DNA from: Acidimicrobiia bacterium
GTDB taxonomy: Bacteria; Actinomycetota; Acidimicrobiia; Acidimicrobiales; CATQHL01
DNA: 55,093 nucleotides
Direction: 5' to 3'
Assembly (NCBI GenBank): GCA_021296415.1
Contig: JAGWAL010000012.1
Coordinates: 1 to 55,093 of the forward strand
This document shows positions 1 through 10,158 of the stretch, piece after piece; position 1 is the first letter of the stretch; each line of letters begins with the position of its first letter. A program made the translations under genes and the position numbers. The notes below the pieces were generated by a model, which was not told where the DNA came from, searched no databases, and was given only the letters and a program-made list of their open reading frames with translations.

Positions 1-115
1 CATCGTGCGATTCTGGCTGCTGGCGGGATTCGCCACCGCCGTGGCGCTGGGACTGTTCTACGCGGACTACTTCCCACTTCTCGAATCCAGTTCCGGGCCG
101 GAGGGCTCGCCGTGA
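1..115 (+). CDS. mraY: phospho-N-acetylmuramoyl-pentapeptide transferase, 3' end (partial)
   Basis: Frame 2 reads IVRFWLLAGFATAVALGLFYADY...*, the typical MraY C-terminal 'IVRFW' helix; stop overlaps murD start (GTGA). Confidence 0.85.
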   Translation, partial: IVRFWLLAGFATAVALGLFYADYFPLLESSSGPEGSP

Positions 116-1427
116 TCCCGCCGACCGGCGCTCCGATCCTGCTCTGGGGCATGGGCGCCACCAACCGGGCGGTGGCAGCGGCGCTGCACCGGCGGGGACG
201 CAAGTTCGTCGCCGTGGACGACGCGCCCGGGTCCGGCGTGCGGCGGGCGGTGGCCGAGGCGGGCGGGGTGCTGCAACCGCCGCCGGCCGACGACGAGTTG
301 GCGGAACTCATGAGCCGCTGCGGCGCCTTCCTGCCCACCCCCGGCCTGGCGGACCGCCACCGGGCGATGCGAGCCGCCCTCCGCGCAGGCACCCGTGTCC
401 TCAGCGAGTTCGACCTGGCCGGCGCCTGGGACGACCGACCCGTCGTCGCCGTGACCGGGACCAACGGCAAGACGACGGTCACCACCCTGGTGGCCGCGGC
501 GCTGGCTCCGAGCAGCGGGGCGGTGGCCGCGGGCCGCTGGTCAGCGCCATCGACGACCCGTCCCCCGCGCTCTTCGTGGCCGAGGCCTCGTCGTTCCGGT
601 TGGGTCGCAGCCGGTCGTTCCGGCCGAAGGTTGCGGCCTGGCTGAACTTCGCTCCGGACCATCTGGATGTGCACGCCTCCCTGGCGGCCTACGAGGAGGC
701 CAAGGCGGGTATCTGGCGGCACCTGGGCGCCGATGACACCGCCGTGGTCAACGAGGCCGACCCCGTGGTGGCGGCCCGACGCCCGGCGGTGGGCAGGGTG
801 CTCACCTTCGGGCGGCCGGCGAGTGACGTCGCTGTGCGCGGTGAGTGGCTCAGGGTCGGCGGTGAGCCACTGGTCGAGATTGCGCGGCTGCCGAGACGGT
901 TCCCTCACGATCTGCGCAACGCCGAGGCCGCCGCCGCCTGCGCCCTGGCCGCCGGTGCGCCGTCGCCCGATCTGCGAGCTGCGCTGGAGGCGTTCCGGGG
1001 CCTCCCGCACCGGCTGGAACTGGTGGCCGAGACCGCGGCGAACCGCTGGTACAACGACTCGAAGGCAACCACCCCGGAGGCGGCGCTGGCAGCCGCCGCG
1101 GCATTCGAGTCGGTCGTCCTCATCGCCGGCGGGCGGAACAAGGGCCTGGACCTGGCCTGCCTGGCCACGGCTCCATCGGTGCGCGCCGTCGTCGCCGTCG
1201 GCGAGTCGGCCGCCGAGGTCTGCTCGATCTTTGCGGGACGGGTGCGCGCGATCCCCGCAGCCGACATGGAAGCCGCCGTGACGGTGGCCGGTGAGATGGC
1301 ACTCCCGGGCGACGCCGTCGTGCTGTCGCCGGGTTGTGCCTCCTTCGACAGCTACGAGTCCTACCGCCAACGCGGTGCGCACTTCAGCACTCTGGTGCGG
1401 GCGTCGGTGAGCGGGGAGCGACGATGA
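112..1427 (+). CDS. murD: UDP-N-acetylmuramoyl-L-alanine--D-glutamate ligase, frameshifted near 535 (probably assembly error)
   Basis: VAVTGTNGKTT P-loop in ORF 112-645; EASSF, NFAPDHLD, GLPHRLE, YNDSKAT, LSPGCASFD in ORF 576-1427; GNxxxP motif missing at the junction. Confidence 0.9.
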
Positions 1428-2599
1428 GCGGTTCCGCGACCGCCCGCCCGGCTGCGCCGCGGGCCGGGCGCTCGCTGCTGAAGCCGCCGGTGGGTCGCCG
1501 CTCGGGCACCTTCGTGGGTCTCTTCGTCGTGGTGGTGCTGCTCTGCGTCCTCGGTCTTGTCATGGTGCTCACGTCCTCGGTGGTGACGTCCATCGACAGC
1601 GCCGGCTCGGCCTTCCACCACGCGCGGCGACAGGCGCTGTGGCTGGGGCTGGGACTCGTCGCCTGCGTCGTGACCATGCGGGTGGACTACCACCGCTGGC
1701 GCGCCCGCTTCTTCACGGGCGGGGCGGTGCTGGCCACCACCGGAGCGCTGGCGTTCCTGCTGGTGCCCTCGCCGCTGGTGGTCACGGCGAACGGCTCCTC
1801 CCGCTGGATCCGGGTGGGTGGGTTCGCGGTCCAGCCATCGGAGGCGGCGAAGCTGGCTCTCGTCCTGTTCGCCGCCTCGCTCCTGTCCCGTCGCTTCGAC
1901 GACCTGGCGAACATCCGCCGGGTCCTCCTGCCGCTCGCCGTGGTGTTCGGGACGATGTCGGCGTTCATCCTGGCGCAGCCCAGTCTCGGTACGGTCGTGC
2001 TGCTCGCCGGGATCGTGCTGGTCGTGCTGTTCGTGGCGGGCCTTCCGGGTCGCCAGCTGGCGGGGATCCTGACGCTGGGCGCCGGGACGACCATCCTGTT
2101 CACGTTCCTGTTCGGTTACCGCCGGCAGCGCCTTTTCTCGTTCTTCGACCCCTGGTCGGATCCCTACGGAATCGGCTACCAGGCCGTGCAGGCCCAGGTG
2201 GGAATCGCCTCGGGGGGACTGACCGGGCTGGGGCCCGGGGGCGGCCGGGCGAGCCTGGCCTTCCTGCCCTTCGCCCACACGGACTTCATCTACGTGATCA
2301 TCGCCGAGGAACTGGGGCTGCTGGGCGGCGGCCTGGTCATCCTGGCGTTCTTCTGCCTGGGTGTGCTGGGGATCCGGGCCGTCCGCGATGCCCCCGATCC
2401 CTACGGCGCGTTCCTGGCGGCGGGGATCACCGGTTGGTTCGTCCTGCAGGCCTTCATCAACATCGCGGTGGCGCAGGGTCTGCTGCCGACGATGGGGGTG
2501 ACACTCCCCTTCATCTCCTACGGAGGCTCGAGTCTCGTCGTCAACCTGGCGGCCGCGGGGATCCTCATGAACGTGGCGCGCCAGGGCAGGTCCAGGTGA
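1424..2599 (+). CDS. ftsW: SEDS family peptidoglycan polymerase FtsW
   Basis: NGSSRWI, QPSEAAK, HTDFIY, GVTLPFISYGGSS motifs; multiple TM helices; dcw position. Confidence 0.93.
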   Translation: MSGSATARPAAPRAGRSLLKPPVGRRSGTFVGLFVVVVLLCVLGLVMVLTSSVVTSIDSAGSAFHHARRQALWLGLGLVACVVTMRVDYHRWRARFFTGGAVLATTGALAFLLVPSPLVVTANGSSRWIRVGGFAVQPSEAAKLALVLFAASLLSRRFDDLANIRRVLLPLAVVFGTMSAFILAQPSLGTVVLLAGIVLVVLFVAGLPGRQLAGILTLGAGTTILFTFLFGYRRQRLFSFFDPWSDPYGIGYQAVQAQVGIASGGLTGLGPGGGRASLAFLPFAHTDFIYVIIAEELGLLGGGLVILAFFCLGVLGIRAVRDAPDPYGAFLAAGITGWFVLQAFINIAVAQGLLPTMGVTLPFISYGGSSLVVNLAAAGILMNVARQGRSR

Positions 2600-3774
2600 A
2601 CCACGGGCTCGGCGTCACGTCCGACCGCTCCGGCACTTGGGCGGTGATCGCCGGGGGCGGCACCGGGGGTCACGTGTACCCCGGGCTGGCGGTCGCCGAC
2701 GCCCTCGTGGGAGGCGGGTTGGAGCCCGCCGACGTGCACTTCGTGGTGAGCCGGCGCCACCTGGACGCCGCCGCGGTCACCGCAGCCGGATTCACGGCGA
2801 CGGCGGTCCATGCCCGCGGTCTGCGGCGCCGGCTGAGCATCGCCAACGTCGCCGCCGCGGTCGCCCTGGCCCGCGGCGTCTGGGAGTGCTGGGGAATACT
2901 CCGGCGCAAAGTCCCGCGGGTGGTGCTGGCGCAAGGTGGCTACGTCAGCGCGGCCTGTGCCCTGGCGGCACGCCTGCGCGGGATCCCCGTGGTGGTGCTG
3001 GAGGCGAACGCCACAGCCGGCGCGGCGAACCGGCTGGCGGCTCGGTGGGCGGCCGCCTGCGCGGTGGCGTTTCCCGGCACCGCCCTTGCGAGGAGGGTCG
3101 TCACCGGCCTCCCGGTGCGCCATGGCATCGCGCAACTCCATCCTTCCGGTGGCGAGGGTGGAGGATCCGCCGAGCGGCGCCGGCGGGCCCGTGACCTGCT
3201 CGGCGTCGATCCCGGGCGGCGGCTCGTCCTGGTCATCGGCGGATCACTGGGTTCGGCGCGCCTGAACGCGGCGGTCGGAGAGGCCCGCCAACTGCTCGCC
3301 GGGCGGGGAGATCTGGCGGTACGCCACGTCGTGGGTCACGCGGCCGCCGCCACCGAGGTCGGCGTTGCCGGCCAGGCGACCCCGGCGATGCTGCATTACG
3401 AGGCGGTGGCGTACGAGGACGACATGCCGGTGGCCCTGGCAGCCGCGGATCTCGTCGTCAGCAGAGCCGGCGGCTCCACAGTGGCGGAACTGGCGGTGGC
3501 GGGTCGTGCAGCACTGCTCGTGCCGCTGGCGCGGGCGGCGGGAGACCATCAGACGGCGAACGCCGGCGCGCTGGCCGGCGCGGGTGCCGCTGTCGTGATC
3601 GCCGAGTCGGCATTGGACGGCGAGCGCCTGGCCGCTGAGATCGGCCGCCTCCTCGCCGACCCGGACGAGCTGGCGAGGATGGAGCGTGCTGCGGCGGCCC
3701 TGGGGGAACCGCAGGCCGCCGCAAGGGTGGCCGCACTCCTGTGCACGGTCGGCGGCGGAGGTTCGCCGTCATGA
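2596..3774 (+). CDS. murG: undecaprenyl-PP-MurNAc-pentapeptide N-acetylglucosaminyltransferase
   Basis: AGGGTGGHVYP, GGYVS, GGSLGS, SRAGGST, DHQTANA motifs; GTG start overlapping ftsW stop. Confidence 0.93.
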   Translation: MNHGLGVTSDRSGTWAVIAGGGTGGHVYPGLAVADALVGGGLEPADVHFVVSRRHLDAAAVTAAGFTATAVHARGLRRRLSIANVAAAVALARGVWECWGILRRKVPRVVLAQGGYVSAACALAARLRGIPVVVLEANATAGAANRLAARWAAACAVAFPGTALARRVVTGLPVRHGIAQLHPSGGEGGGSAERRRRARDLLGVDPGRRLVLVIGGSLGSARLNAAVGEARQLLAGRGDLAVRHVVGHAAAATEVGVAGQATPAMLHYEAVAYEDDMPVALAAADLVVSRAGGSTVAELAVAGRAALLVPLARAAGDHQTANAGALAGAGAAVVIAESALDGERLAAEIGRLLADPDELARMERAAAALGEPQAAARVAALLCTVGGGGSPS

Positions 3775-5183
3775 CCGTGGATCTGGACCGTGTGCACCAC
3801 ATTCACGTGGTCGGCGTGGGTGGTGCGGGAATGAGCGCCATCGCAACGGTCCTGGCGGCCACCGGACATCTGGTCACCGGTTCGGATCTGAAGTCCTCCG
3901 CCGCCTTCGAACGCCTCCGGGCGGCCGGCCTCGGCGTGGTCGTGGGACATCGTGCCGAGCACGTCAGCGACCCGTCGGTGTTGGGCGTGGAGGTGCCGGG
4001 CGGGCGGGCGCCCGATCTCGTGGCGCGCTCCAGCGCCGTGCCGGACGGCAACGTCGAGATCCGCCAGGCACGCCGCGCCGGGATCCCCGTTTGTTCCCGG
4101 GCCGACATCCTGGCGGCCATCTGCCGGCTGCGCAGGACTCTGGCGGTGGCCGGCACGCACGGCAAGACGACGACCGCGTCCATGCTGGCGCTCATTCTCG
4201 GCGAAGCCGGGCAGCGGCCGTCGTTCATCGTCGGCGGCGATGTCAACGAGATCGGCAGCGGGGCGGTCTGGGGAGCGGGGGAGTGGCTGGTCGTCGAGGC
4301 CGACGAGAGTGACGGGACGTTCCTCCAGCTGGCCCCCGAGGCCGCGGTCGTCACCAGCGTCGAGGCCGATCACCTGGATCGGTACGGCTCGGTGGAGGGG
4401 TTGCACGGCGCATTCGAGGAATTCCTCAGCGGTGTCCAGGGTCTGCGCCTGGTCTGTGTCGACGATCCGTGGGGTGGCCGGTTCGCCACGGCAGGTGCCG
4501 GCGCGGTGGGTTACGGATGGTCCGCCGCTGCGGACTTCCGCCTCTCGCAGTTGCGGGCGACGCGAACCGGCGCGGTGTTCGGGTTGGAGGGCCCCGAGGG
4601 GGACGCCGTCGAGGTTCGCCTGCCGGTGCCGGGGGCATACAACGCCCTGAACGCGGCCGCGGCAATGGCCTGCGCGGATCACCTGGGCGTGCCTCTGGCC
4701 CGTGGTGCGGAGATCCTGGCTCGCTACGGCGGGGTCTCGCGGCGCTACGAGTTCCGAGGCGAAGCCGCCGGGGTCACGTTCGTGGACGACTACGCGCATC
4801 TCCCCGGCGAGGTTTCGGCCGTCCTGGCCACGGCTCGAAGCGGGGGCTGGCGGCGGGTCGTGTGCGTCTACCAACCCCACCGCTACACGCGCACGGCGGC
4901 GCTGTGGCGCCAGTTCGGCGACTCGTTCCACGATGCCGACTTCGTCGCTCTGACCGATGTCTACGCCGCCGGCGAGTCCCCGCGACCGGGCGTCAGCGGC
5001 AAGTTGCTCGTGGACTCCGTCCTGGATGTCGAGCCCCACAAGCGGGTGGGCTGGTTCCCTCACCGCCAGGATCTTCTGCGCTACCTGGTGCGGGAACTCC
5101 GCCCGGGCGATCTCTGTCTCACTCTCAACGCGGGCGATCTCACAACGTTGCCGGAAGAGCTGATAGCGGAGCTCGGGCCGTGA
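3771..5183 (+). CDS. murC: UDP-N-acetylmuramate--L-alanine ligase
   Basis: [42 protein letters not shown] motifs. Confidence 0.95.
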   Translation: MTVDLDRVHHIHVVGVGGAGMSAIATVLAATGHLVTGSDLKSSAAFERLRAAGLGVVVGHRAEHVSDPSVLGVEVPGGRAPDLVARSSAVPDGNVEIRQARRAGIPVCSRADILAAICRLRRTLAVAGTHGKTTTASMLALILGEAGQRPSFIVGGDVNEIGSGAVWGAGEWLVVEADESDGTFLQLAPEAAVVTSVEADHLDRYGSVEGLHGAFEEFLSGVQGLRLVCVDDPWGGRFATAGAGAVGYGWSAAADFRLSQLRATRTGAVFGLEGPEGDAVEVRLPVPGAYNALNAAAAMACADHLGVPLARGAEILARYGGVSRRYEFRGEAAGVTFVDDYAHLPGEVSAVLATARSGGWRRVVCVYQPHRYTRTAALWRQFGDSFHDADFVALTDVYAAGESPRPGVSGKLLVDSVLDVEPHKRVGWFPHRQDLLRYLVRELRPGDLCLTLNAGDLTTLPEELIAELGP

Positions 5184-6142
5184 GGGCGCATGGCGCGCGG
5201 CTCGCCCGGCACGATTGGCGGCGGGTCGCCGAGGTGCTCCGTGCACAGATGCCGGACAGCCGGATCGCGGCCGGAGCGCCTCTCGGCGCCCTGACCACCT
5301 ACCGTGTCGGCGGTCCTGCCGGCCTGCTCGTGGAGGCCGGTTCGGAGCAGGACCTGCAGAGCCTCGCGGCGGTGACCGCAGGGCAGGAGTGGGACGTTCT
5401 CGTCCTCGGACTCGGATCGAACCTACTCGTCGATGACGCCGGCTTCGACGGCCTGGCATTGCGCTTGGGCGCGGCGTTCGCCGCCGTACGGATCGATGCC
5501 CCGCTCGTCCTCGCAGGTGGAGCCACAGCCCTTCCGGTGTTGGCCCGCCAGTGCGCCGGCGCGGGACTCGGAGGCTTCAGCTGGGCCGTGGGAGTCCCCG
5601 GAAGCGTCGGCGGTGCGGTCCGCATGAACGCCGGCGGCCACGGTTCGGAGATGCGCCAGGTCCTGCAGCGGGCGACGATCGTGGACCTGGCAACGGGAGG
5701 GACGACGCGCCCCGCTGTCGAGGATCTCGCTCTTGCCTACCGGGCGTCCGCATTGACGAGCTCTCAAGTTGTAGTCAAGGTTGAACTTCAGTTGACCTCG
5801 AGTGAGCGCCGGCGCGAGGAGCGCCTGATGCGGGAAATCGTCGCTTGGCGTCGCCGGAACCAACCGGGTGGTGCCAACACCGGCTCGGTGTTCACCAATC
5901 CTCCCGGCGACTTCGCGGGGCGGCTCATCGAGGCGGCGGGATGCCGGGGCCTGCGGCTCGGCAGCGCCTCGGTCTCCAGCGTCCATGCCAATTTCATCCA
6001 GGCGGATCCCGGTGGAACAGCGGCCGACATTCTTACCCTCATGCGAGAAGTGGCGCGGCGCGTCGAGTTGCACAGCGGCGTCCGCCTGCATCCCGAGACC
6101 CATCTCGTGGGTTTCGACGAGCCCTTCAGGCGCGGCACATGA
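5180..6142 (+). CDS. murB: UDP-N-acetylenolpyruvoylglucosamine reductase
   Basis: TTYRVGGPA, GLGSNLL, GVPGSVGGAVRMNAG, GSVFTNP, HANFI motifs; start approximate. Confidence 0.93.
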   Translation: MRAHGARLARHDWRRVAEVLRAQMPDSRIAAGAPLGALTTYRVGGPAGLLVEAGSEQDLQSLAAVTAGQEWDVLVLGLGSNLLVDDAGFDGLALRLGAAFAAVRIDAPLVLAGGATALPVLARQCAGAGLGGFSWAVGVPGSVGGAVRMNAGGHGSEMRQVLQRATIVDLATGGTTRPAVEDLALAYRASALTSSQVVVKVELQLTSSERRREERLMREIVAWRRRNQPGGANTGSVFTNPPGDFAGRLIEAAGCRGLRLGSASVSSVHANFIQADPGGTAADILTLMREVARRVELHSGVRLHPETHLVGFDEPFRRGT

Positions 6143-6930
6143 CAGTTCAGGCACCGGGTGTGCCACACCCACGCATCGCCGAACGTCGTGCCGACGTGGT
6201 GGCTGCGGTTCGCTCGGGCGAGCGACGGAGGCGCCGCGTCCTGTGGATCGGACTGGTGGTCTCCTTTGCTCTGCTTTGCGGGTATCTGGCAACGCGGAGC
6301 GAGTTGCTGGACGTCGATCGCATAGCGGTGACCGGCGCGACGAGAACTCCGGCCGGCGAGATTCTCAAAGCCGCAGGGATCGACCGGGGACAACCGTTGA
6401 TCGGATTGGACCTGCCGAGCGCCCGCAGCCGCATCGCCCGCCTGCCCTGGGTGAAGGACGTCTACTCGACCCGCGCCTGGGACGGCCGTGTGACGTTCCA
6501 GGTCACGGAGCGATCGCCGGTGGCGGCGGTGGCAATACCCGGCGCCTGGGCGCTCACCGGAGCGGACGGTCGGGTGCTGGAGGTCACCCCCGTACTCGCC
6601 GAAGAGGTCATGCCGATCCTCGGACTGAACGTGGTCGGGGCGGCTCCCGGTGAGTGGCTCGCCGGCACGCATCGAGGAGCGCTGGCCGTTGCAGTATCTC
6701 TCTACGAGCCCGTGCGCTCGGCCGTGCGGGCAGTTGAAGTCACACCCGAGGGTTACGTCCTGGACCTGGCTGTACCGGGCCGCGTCGTGCTGGGCGACAG
6801 CAGTGATATCGCCGCCAAACTCGAAGCGGTCCACACATTTCTGGCGAAGGTGAACCTGCGTTGTCTGGAGGTCTTGGACGTTCGCGCTGCTGCCGCACCG
6901 GTGTTGACGCGGGCCAATCCCTGTAGATAG
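6139..6930 (+). CDS. ftsQ: cell division protein FtsQ/DivIB
   Basis: Basic N-terminus, one TM helix, POTRA-like region (LPWV...V.ER.P), C-terminal DVR; lies between murB and ftsZ. Confidence 0.85.
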   Translation: MTVQAPGVPHPRIAERRADVVAAVRSGERRRRRVLWIGLVVSFALLCGYLATRSELLDVDRIAVTGATRTPAGEILKAAGIDRGQPLIGLDLPSARSRIARLPWVKDVYSTRAWDGRVTFQVTERSPVAAVAIPGAWALTGADGRVLEVTPVLAEEVMPILGLNVVGAAPGEWLAGTHRGALAVAVSLYEPVRSAVRAVEVTPEGYVLDLAVPGRVVLGDSSDIAAKLEAVHTFLAKVNLRCLEVLDVRAAAAPVLTRANPCR

Positions 6931-7059
6931 ACTTATTGTCGAGCGACAGCTGGTATAACGGTGAACTATAGCTTTAGTTATTGCTCTGGCGGCGAATCGA
7001 CGAGACAGCACCGAACAAGCAGCGTGCGGAACACTCCGCAGTAGCACCGGGAGGATCCT

Positions 7060-8139
7060 GTGAGCACCCCACATCAATACCTGGCGGTCATCAAGGTCGT
7101 CGGGGTCGGCGGCGGCGGCGTGAACGCCGTCGACCGGATGATCGAAACCGGACTTCGAGGCGTCGAGTTCGTGGCCGTGAACACCGATGCACAGACCTTG
7201 CTGATGAGCGATGCCGACATCAAGATCGACATCGGTCGTGACCTCACCCGCGGTCTGGGTGCCGGCAGTGATCCCGATGTCGGCGAGGCGGCCGCGCACG
7301 CCGCGGCGGAGCAACTGCGGGAGGCGCTCGATGGGGCCGACATGGTGTTCATCACGGCCGGCGAAGGGGGCGGAACCGGTACGGGCGGCGCGCCGATCAT
7401 CGCGGAGATCGCACGCGACCTGGGCGCCCTGACGATCGCGGTTGTGACGCGCCCGTTCCGGTTCGAGGGGCGCAAGCGGGCACTGCAGGCCGAGCACGGG
7501 ATCCAGCGCCTCAAGGAGAAGGTGGATACCCAGATCGTCATCCCGAACGATCGGCTGCTCAACGAGGTCTCCGAGCAGACGACCCTCTTGAACGCATTCC
7601 AGATGGCCGACGACGTGCTGCTGCAAGGGGTCCAGGGCATCACCGACCTCATCACGACGCCCGGTCTCATCAACACGGACTTCGCCGACGTGCGCGCCAT
7701 CCTGGCCGATGCCGGCTCCGCCCTCATGGGTGTCGGCATGGCGTCCGGCGAGGACCGCGCCGCCAGCGCGGCCCGCAAGGCTATCGCCAGTCCGTTGCTG
7801 GAATCCTCCATCGAGGGCGCCCGCGGGCTGCTGCTCACGATCTCGGGCAACGCGGAGATGGGACTCCTGGAGGTCACCCAGGCCGCCGAAGTCATCGGCG
7901 CCGTGTCGCACGAGGACGCCAACATCATCTTCGGCACGGTCATCGACGAGTCCATCGGCGAGTCGATGCGCGTGACGGTCATCGCCGCCGGATTCGACCG
8001 CTGGGACGAGTCGTCCCCGCGGCATGAGGGAGGAGCCGCGGCGGCGCGCCGCGACCTTCCCGATCCGTTCGCAGAGCCGGCCGAGAGCGACACCGCCGAG
8101 GACGATCTGGATCTGGACATACCCTCCTTCCTTCGCTGA
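7060..8139 (+). CDS. ftsZ: cell division protein FtsZ
   Basis: IKVVGVGGGGVNAV, GGGTGTG tubulin signature, C-terminal DIPSFL; GGAGG RBS. Confidence 0.98.
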   Translation: MSTPHQYLAVIKVVGVGGGGVNAVDRMIETGLRGVEFVAVNTDAQTLLMSDADIKIDIGRDLTRGLGAGSDPDVGEAAAHAAAEQLREALDGADMVFITAGEGGGTGTGGAPIIAEIARDLGALTIAVVTRPFRFEGRKRALQAEHGIQRLKEKVDTQIVIPNDRLLNEVSEQTTLLNAFQMADDVLLQGVQGITDLITTPGLINTDFADVRAILADAGSALMGVGMASGEDRAASAARKAIASPLLESSIEGARGLLLTISGNAEMGLLEVTQAAEVIGAVSHEDANIIFGTVIDESIGESMRVTVIAAGFDRWDESSPRHEGGAAAARRDLPDPFAEPAESDTAEDDLDLDIPSFLR

Positions 8140-8152
8140 GGCGGAGGCGCCC

Positions 8153-8821
8153 GTGCTGGCGTTGACGCTCGACCTCGACGGCGGGCGCGCCGAGGTCCGC
8201 TTCAGTGACCGTGGTGACGGGGACTTCGCGGCGGCGCACGCGGATTCGCGTGGCGGGCTCGCCGCCGGTCCGTGGACGCGGCTCCGCCAGCAACACGGGT
8301 CGGAGGTCGTCGTCGTGGCGGCTCCTGGCGACGGCGACGGAGCGCTCGCCGACGCCGCCGTCACCGCGGCGCCCGGCGCGGTCCTCACGGTCCGGACAGC
8401 GGATTGTGCCCCCGTTGCCCTCGTCGCCCGCGAGGGGGTCGTGGCCGCGGTGCATGCCGGCTGGCGGGGTCTTGTCGCCGGTGTCGTCGAGGGCGCGGCC
8501 GCGACGGTACGGGCCCTCGGGGGCAAGGAAGTCAGCGCCTACCTGGGCCCCTGCATACATGCCGAGTGCTACGAGTTCGGGAGCGGATCACTGGCGGAGT
8601 TGGCGGACCGTCTGGGTTCGGAGGTGATCGGGCGGACGGCCTGGGGCACTCCGGCGTTCGACATCCCGGCGGCGGTGCGGCGCGCGCTCCGGCGCAGCGG
8701 CATCCAGACGATCATCGAGGCCCACCATTGCACGGCGTGTGACGCCCGCCGCTGGTATTCCCACCGCGCTCGGGGCGAGCCCGAGCGCCACCTACTGGCA
8801 ACGTGGATCAGCCGGAGCTGA
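8153..8821 (+). CDS. pgeF: PgeF/YfiH family (peptidoglycan editing factor / purine nucleoside phosphorylase-like)
   Basis: QQHG, TADCAPV, HAGWRG, GPCIHAECYE, CT...SHR motifs; directly after ftsZ. Confidence 0.88.
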   Translation: MLALTLDLDGGRAEVRFSDRGDGDFAAAHADSRGGLAAGPWTRLRQQHGSEVVVVAAPGDGDGALADAAVTAAPGAVLTVRTADCAPVALVAREGVVAAVHAGWRGLVAGVVEGAAATVRALGGKEVSAYLGPCIHAECYEFGSGSLAELADRLGSEVIGRTAWGTPAFDIPAAVRRALRRSGIQTIIEAHHCTACDARRWYSHRARGEPERHLLATWISRS

Positions 8822-9510
8822 TCGCCCGCGCCGAGGCCGTCGGCGCGCGCCTGGCTGCCATCCGTCAGCGGATCACCGACGCCGGCGGTGATCCTGAGGC
8901 CACCAGGATCGTGGCGGTGACGAAGGGCCGGAGCATCCTGACCGCCGCGGCTGCGCTACGGGCAGGTCTCGACGAACTCGGGGAGAACTACGCGCAGGAA
9001 CTGGCCCGCAAGGTCGACGCGGTGCCCGGAGCCCGCTGGCACTTCATCGGCAATCTGCAGACGAACAAGGTCCGCAACCTCGCACCTCACGTCCGGCTGT
9101 GGCAGAGCGTGGACAGGCGGCGCCTGCTGGCGGAGATCGCGCGCCACAGTCCCGGGGCCGAGATCCTCGTGCAGGTCACCGAGCGAATGGTTCCCCGCCG
9201 CGGCGGCTGCGAGCCGGGAGTTGCCCGCCGGCTCGTTGCCGAAGCCACCGACCTCGGCCTGGCGCCGGTGGGTCTGATGTCGATGGCACTCCCCGGTCCG
9301 CCGAAGGAGGTCCGGCGGCAGTTCCGGCTGGTCCGTTCGCTGGCGGACGAGCTGGGACTCGCGCTGCGCAGCATGGGGACGAGCGATGATTTCCCGCTTG
9401 CGGTGGCGGAGGGCTCGAACCTGCTGCGACTGGGCCGGATCCTGCTCGAGGATGACCCGCCGCCCCGCAGAGGGCAACGCCACGACCCGGACACGACTAC
9501 ACTGGCGTGA
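8803..9510 (+). CDS. yggS: YggS family PLP homeostasis protein
   Basis: VAVTK, GENYAQE, WHFIGNLQTNK, SMGTSDDF motifs. Confidence 0.92.
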   Translation: MDQPELIARAEAVGARLAAIRQRITDAGGDPEATRIVAVTKGRSILTAAAALRAGLDELGENYAQELARKVDAVPGARWHFIGNLQTNKVRNLAPHVRLWQSVDRRRLLAEIARHSPGAEILVQVTERMVPRRGGCEPGVARRLVAEATDLGLAPVGLMSMALPGPPKEVRRQFRLVRSLADELGLALRSMGTSDDFPLAVAEGSNLLRLGRILLEDDPPPRRGQRHDPDTTTLA

Positions 9511-9615
9511 ACAGCGAGGGGCATGCTCACGAGCGCCGCGCCTACCGACACGCCAACGAATTCTCGGTGAGCACTCGGCGCTCGAGGCGAGCCGCCCACT
9601 TCTGGAGGAGGGTCC

Positions 9616-10140
9616 ATGTCGGCCTTGAAGTCCTTCGTCAATTGGTTGGGCCTCGGACCGGACGAGGGCGAACCGTACGCCGGCCATCTCGGCGGGCCTC
9701 ACCGGGGGGCCCCCGCCGAGCACTACGGTGGTGCGCCTGTGGAGCGATATCCGACGGCGGTCGAGCCGATGTCCACAGCCGAGCCCGGCTCGCTCGTGAC
9801 GGCGCAGCCCGTCGTGGAGCCAATCAGCGGCGAGCCGGCGGCCCGCCCGGCACTGGCGCGACCTCACTCGTCGCCGACGGCTGTTCGCCCCATCGTCGTC
9901 GCGCCCGCGGTGTTCGACGAGGCGCAGGAGGTCGGCGACCATTTCAAGCGGCGCCAGCCGGTCATCGTGAACCTGCAGGACGCAAGCAGCGACCTGCGTC
10001 GCCGGCTCGTGGACTTCGCCGCGGGACTGTGCTACGCCCTCGACGGGCAGGTGGAGCGGGTGACTCCCGGCGTGTACCTGCTGACTCCCAGCGACGTTCG
10101 CGTCGCGCTCGAGGAACGGACGCTCCCGGCCGACTCCTGA
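9616..10140 (+). CDS. sepF: cell division protein SepF
   Basis: N-terminal amphipathic helix; C-terminal F.EAQEVGD...PVIVNL...RRLVDFAAGL...YLLTP; GGAGG RBS. Confidence 0.92.
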   Translation: MSALKSFVNWLGLGPDEGEPYAGHLGGPHRGAPAEHYGGAPVERYPTAVEPMSTAEPGSLVTAQPVVEPISGEPAARPALARPHSSPTAVRPIVVAPAVFDEAQEVGDHFKRRQPVIVNLQDASSDLRRRLVDFAAGLCYALDGQVERVTPGVYLLTPSDVRVALEERTLPADS

Positions 10141-10158
10141 TCCGTCGAGCCGCGTCCC

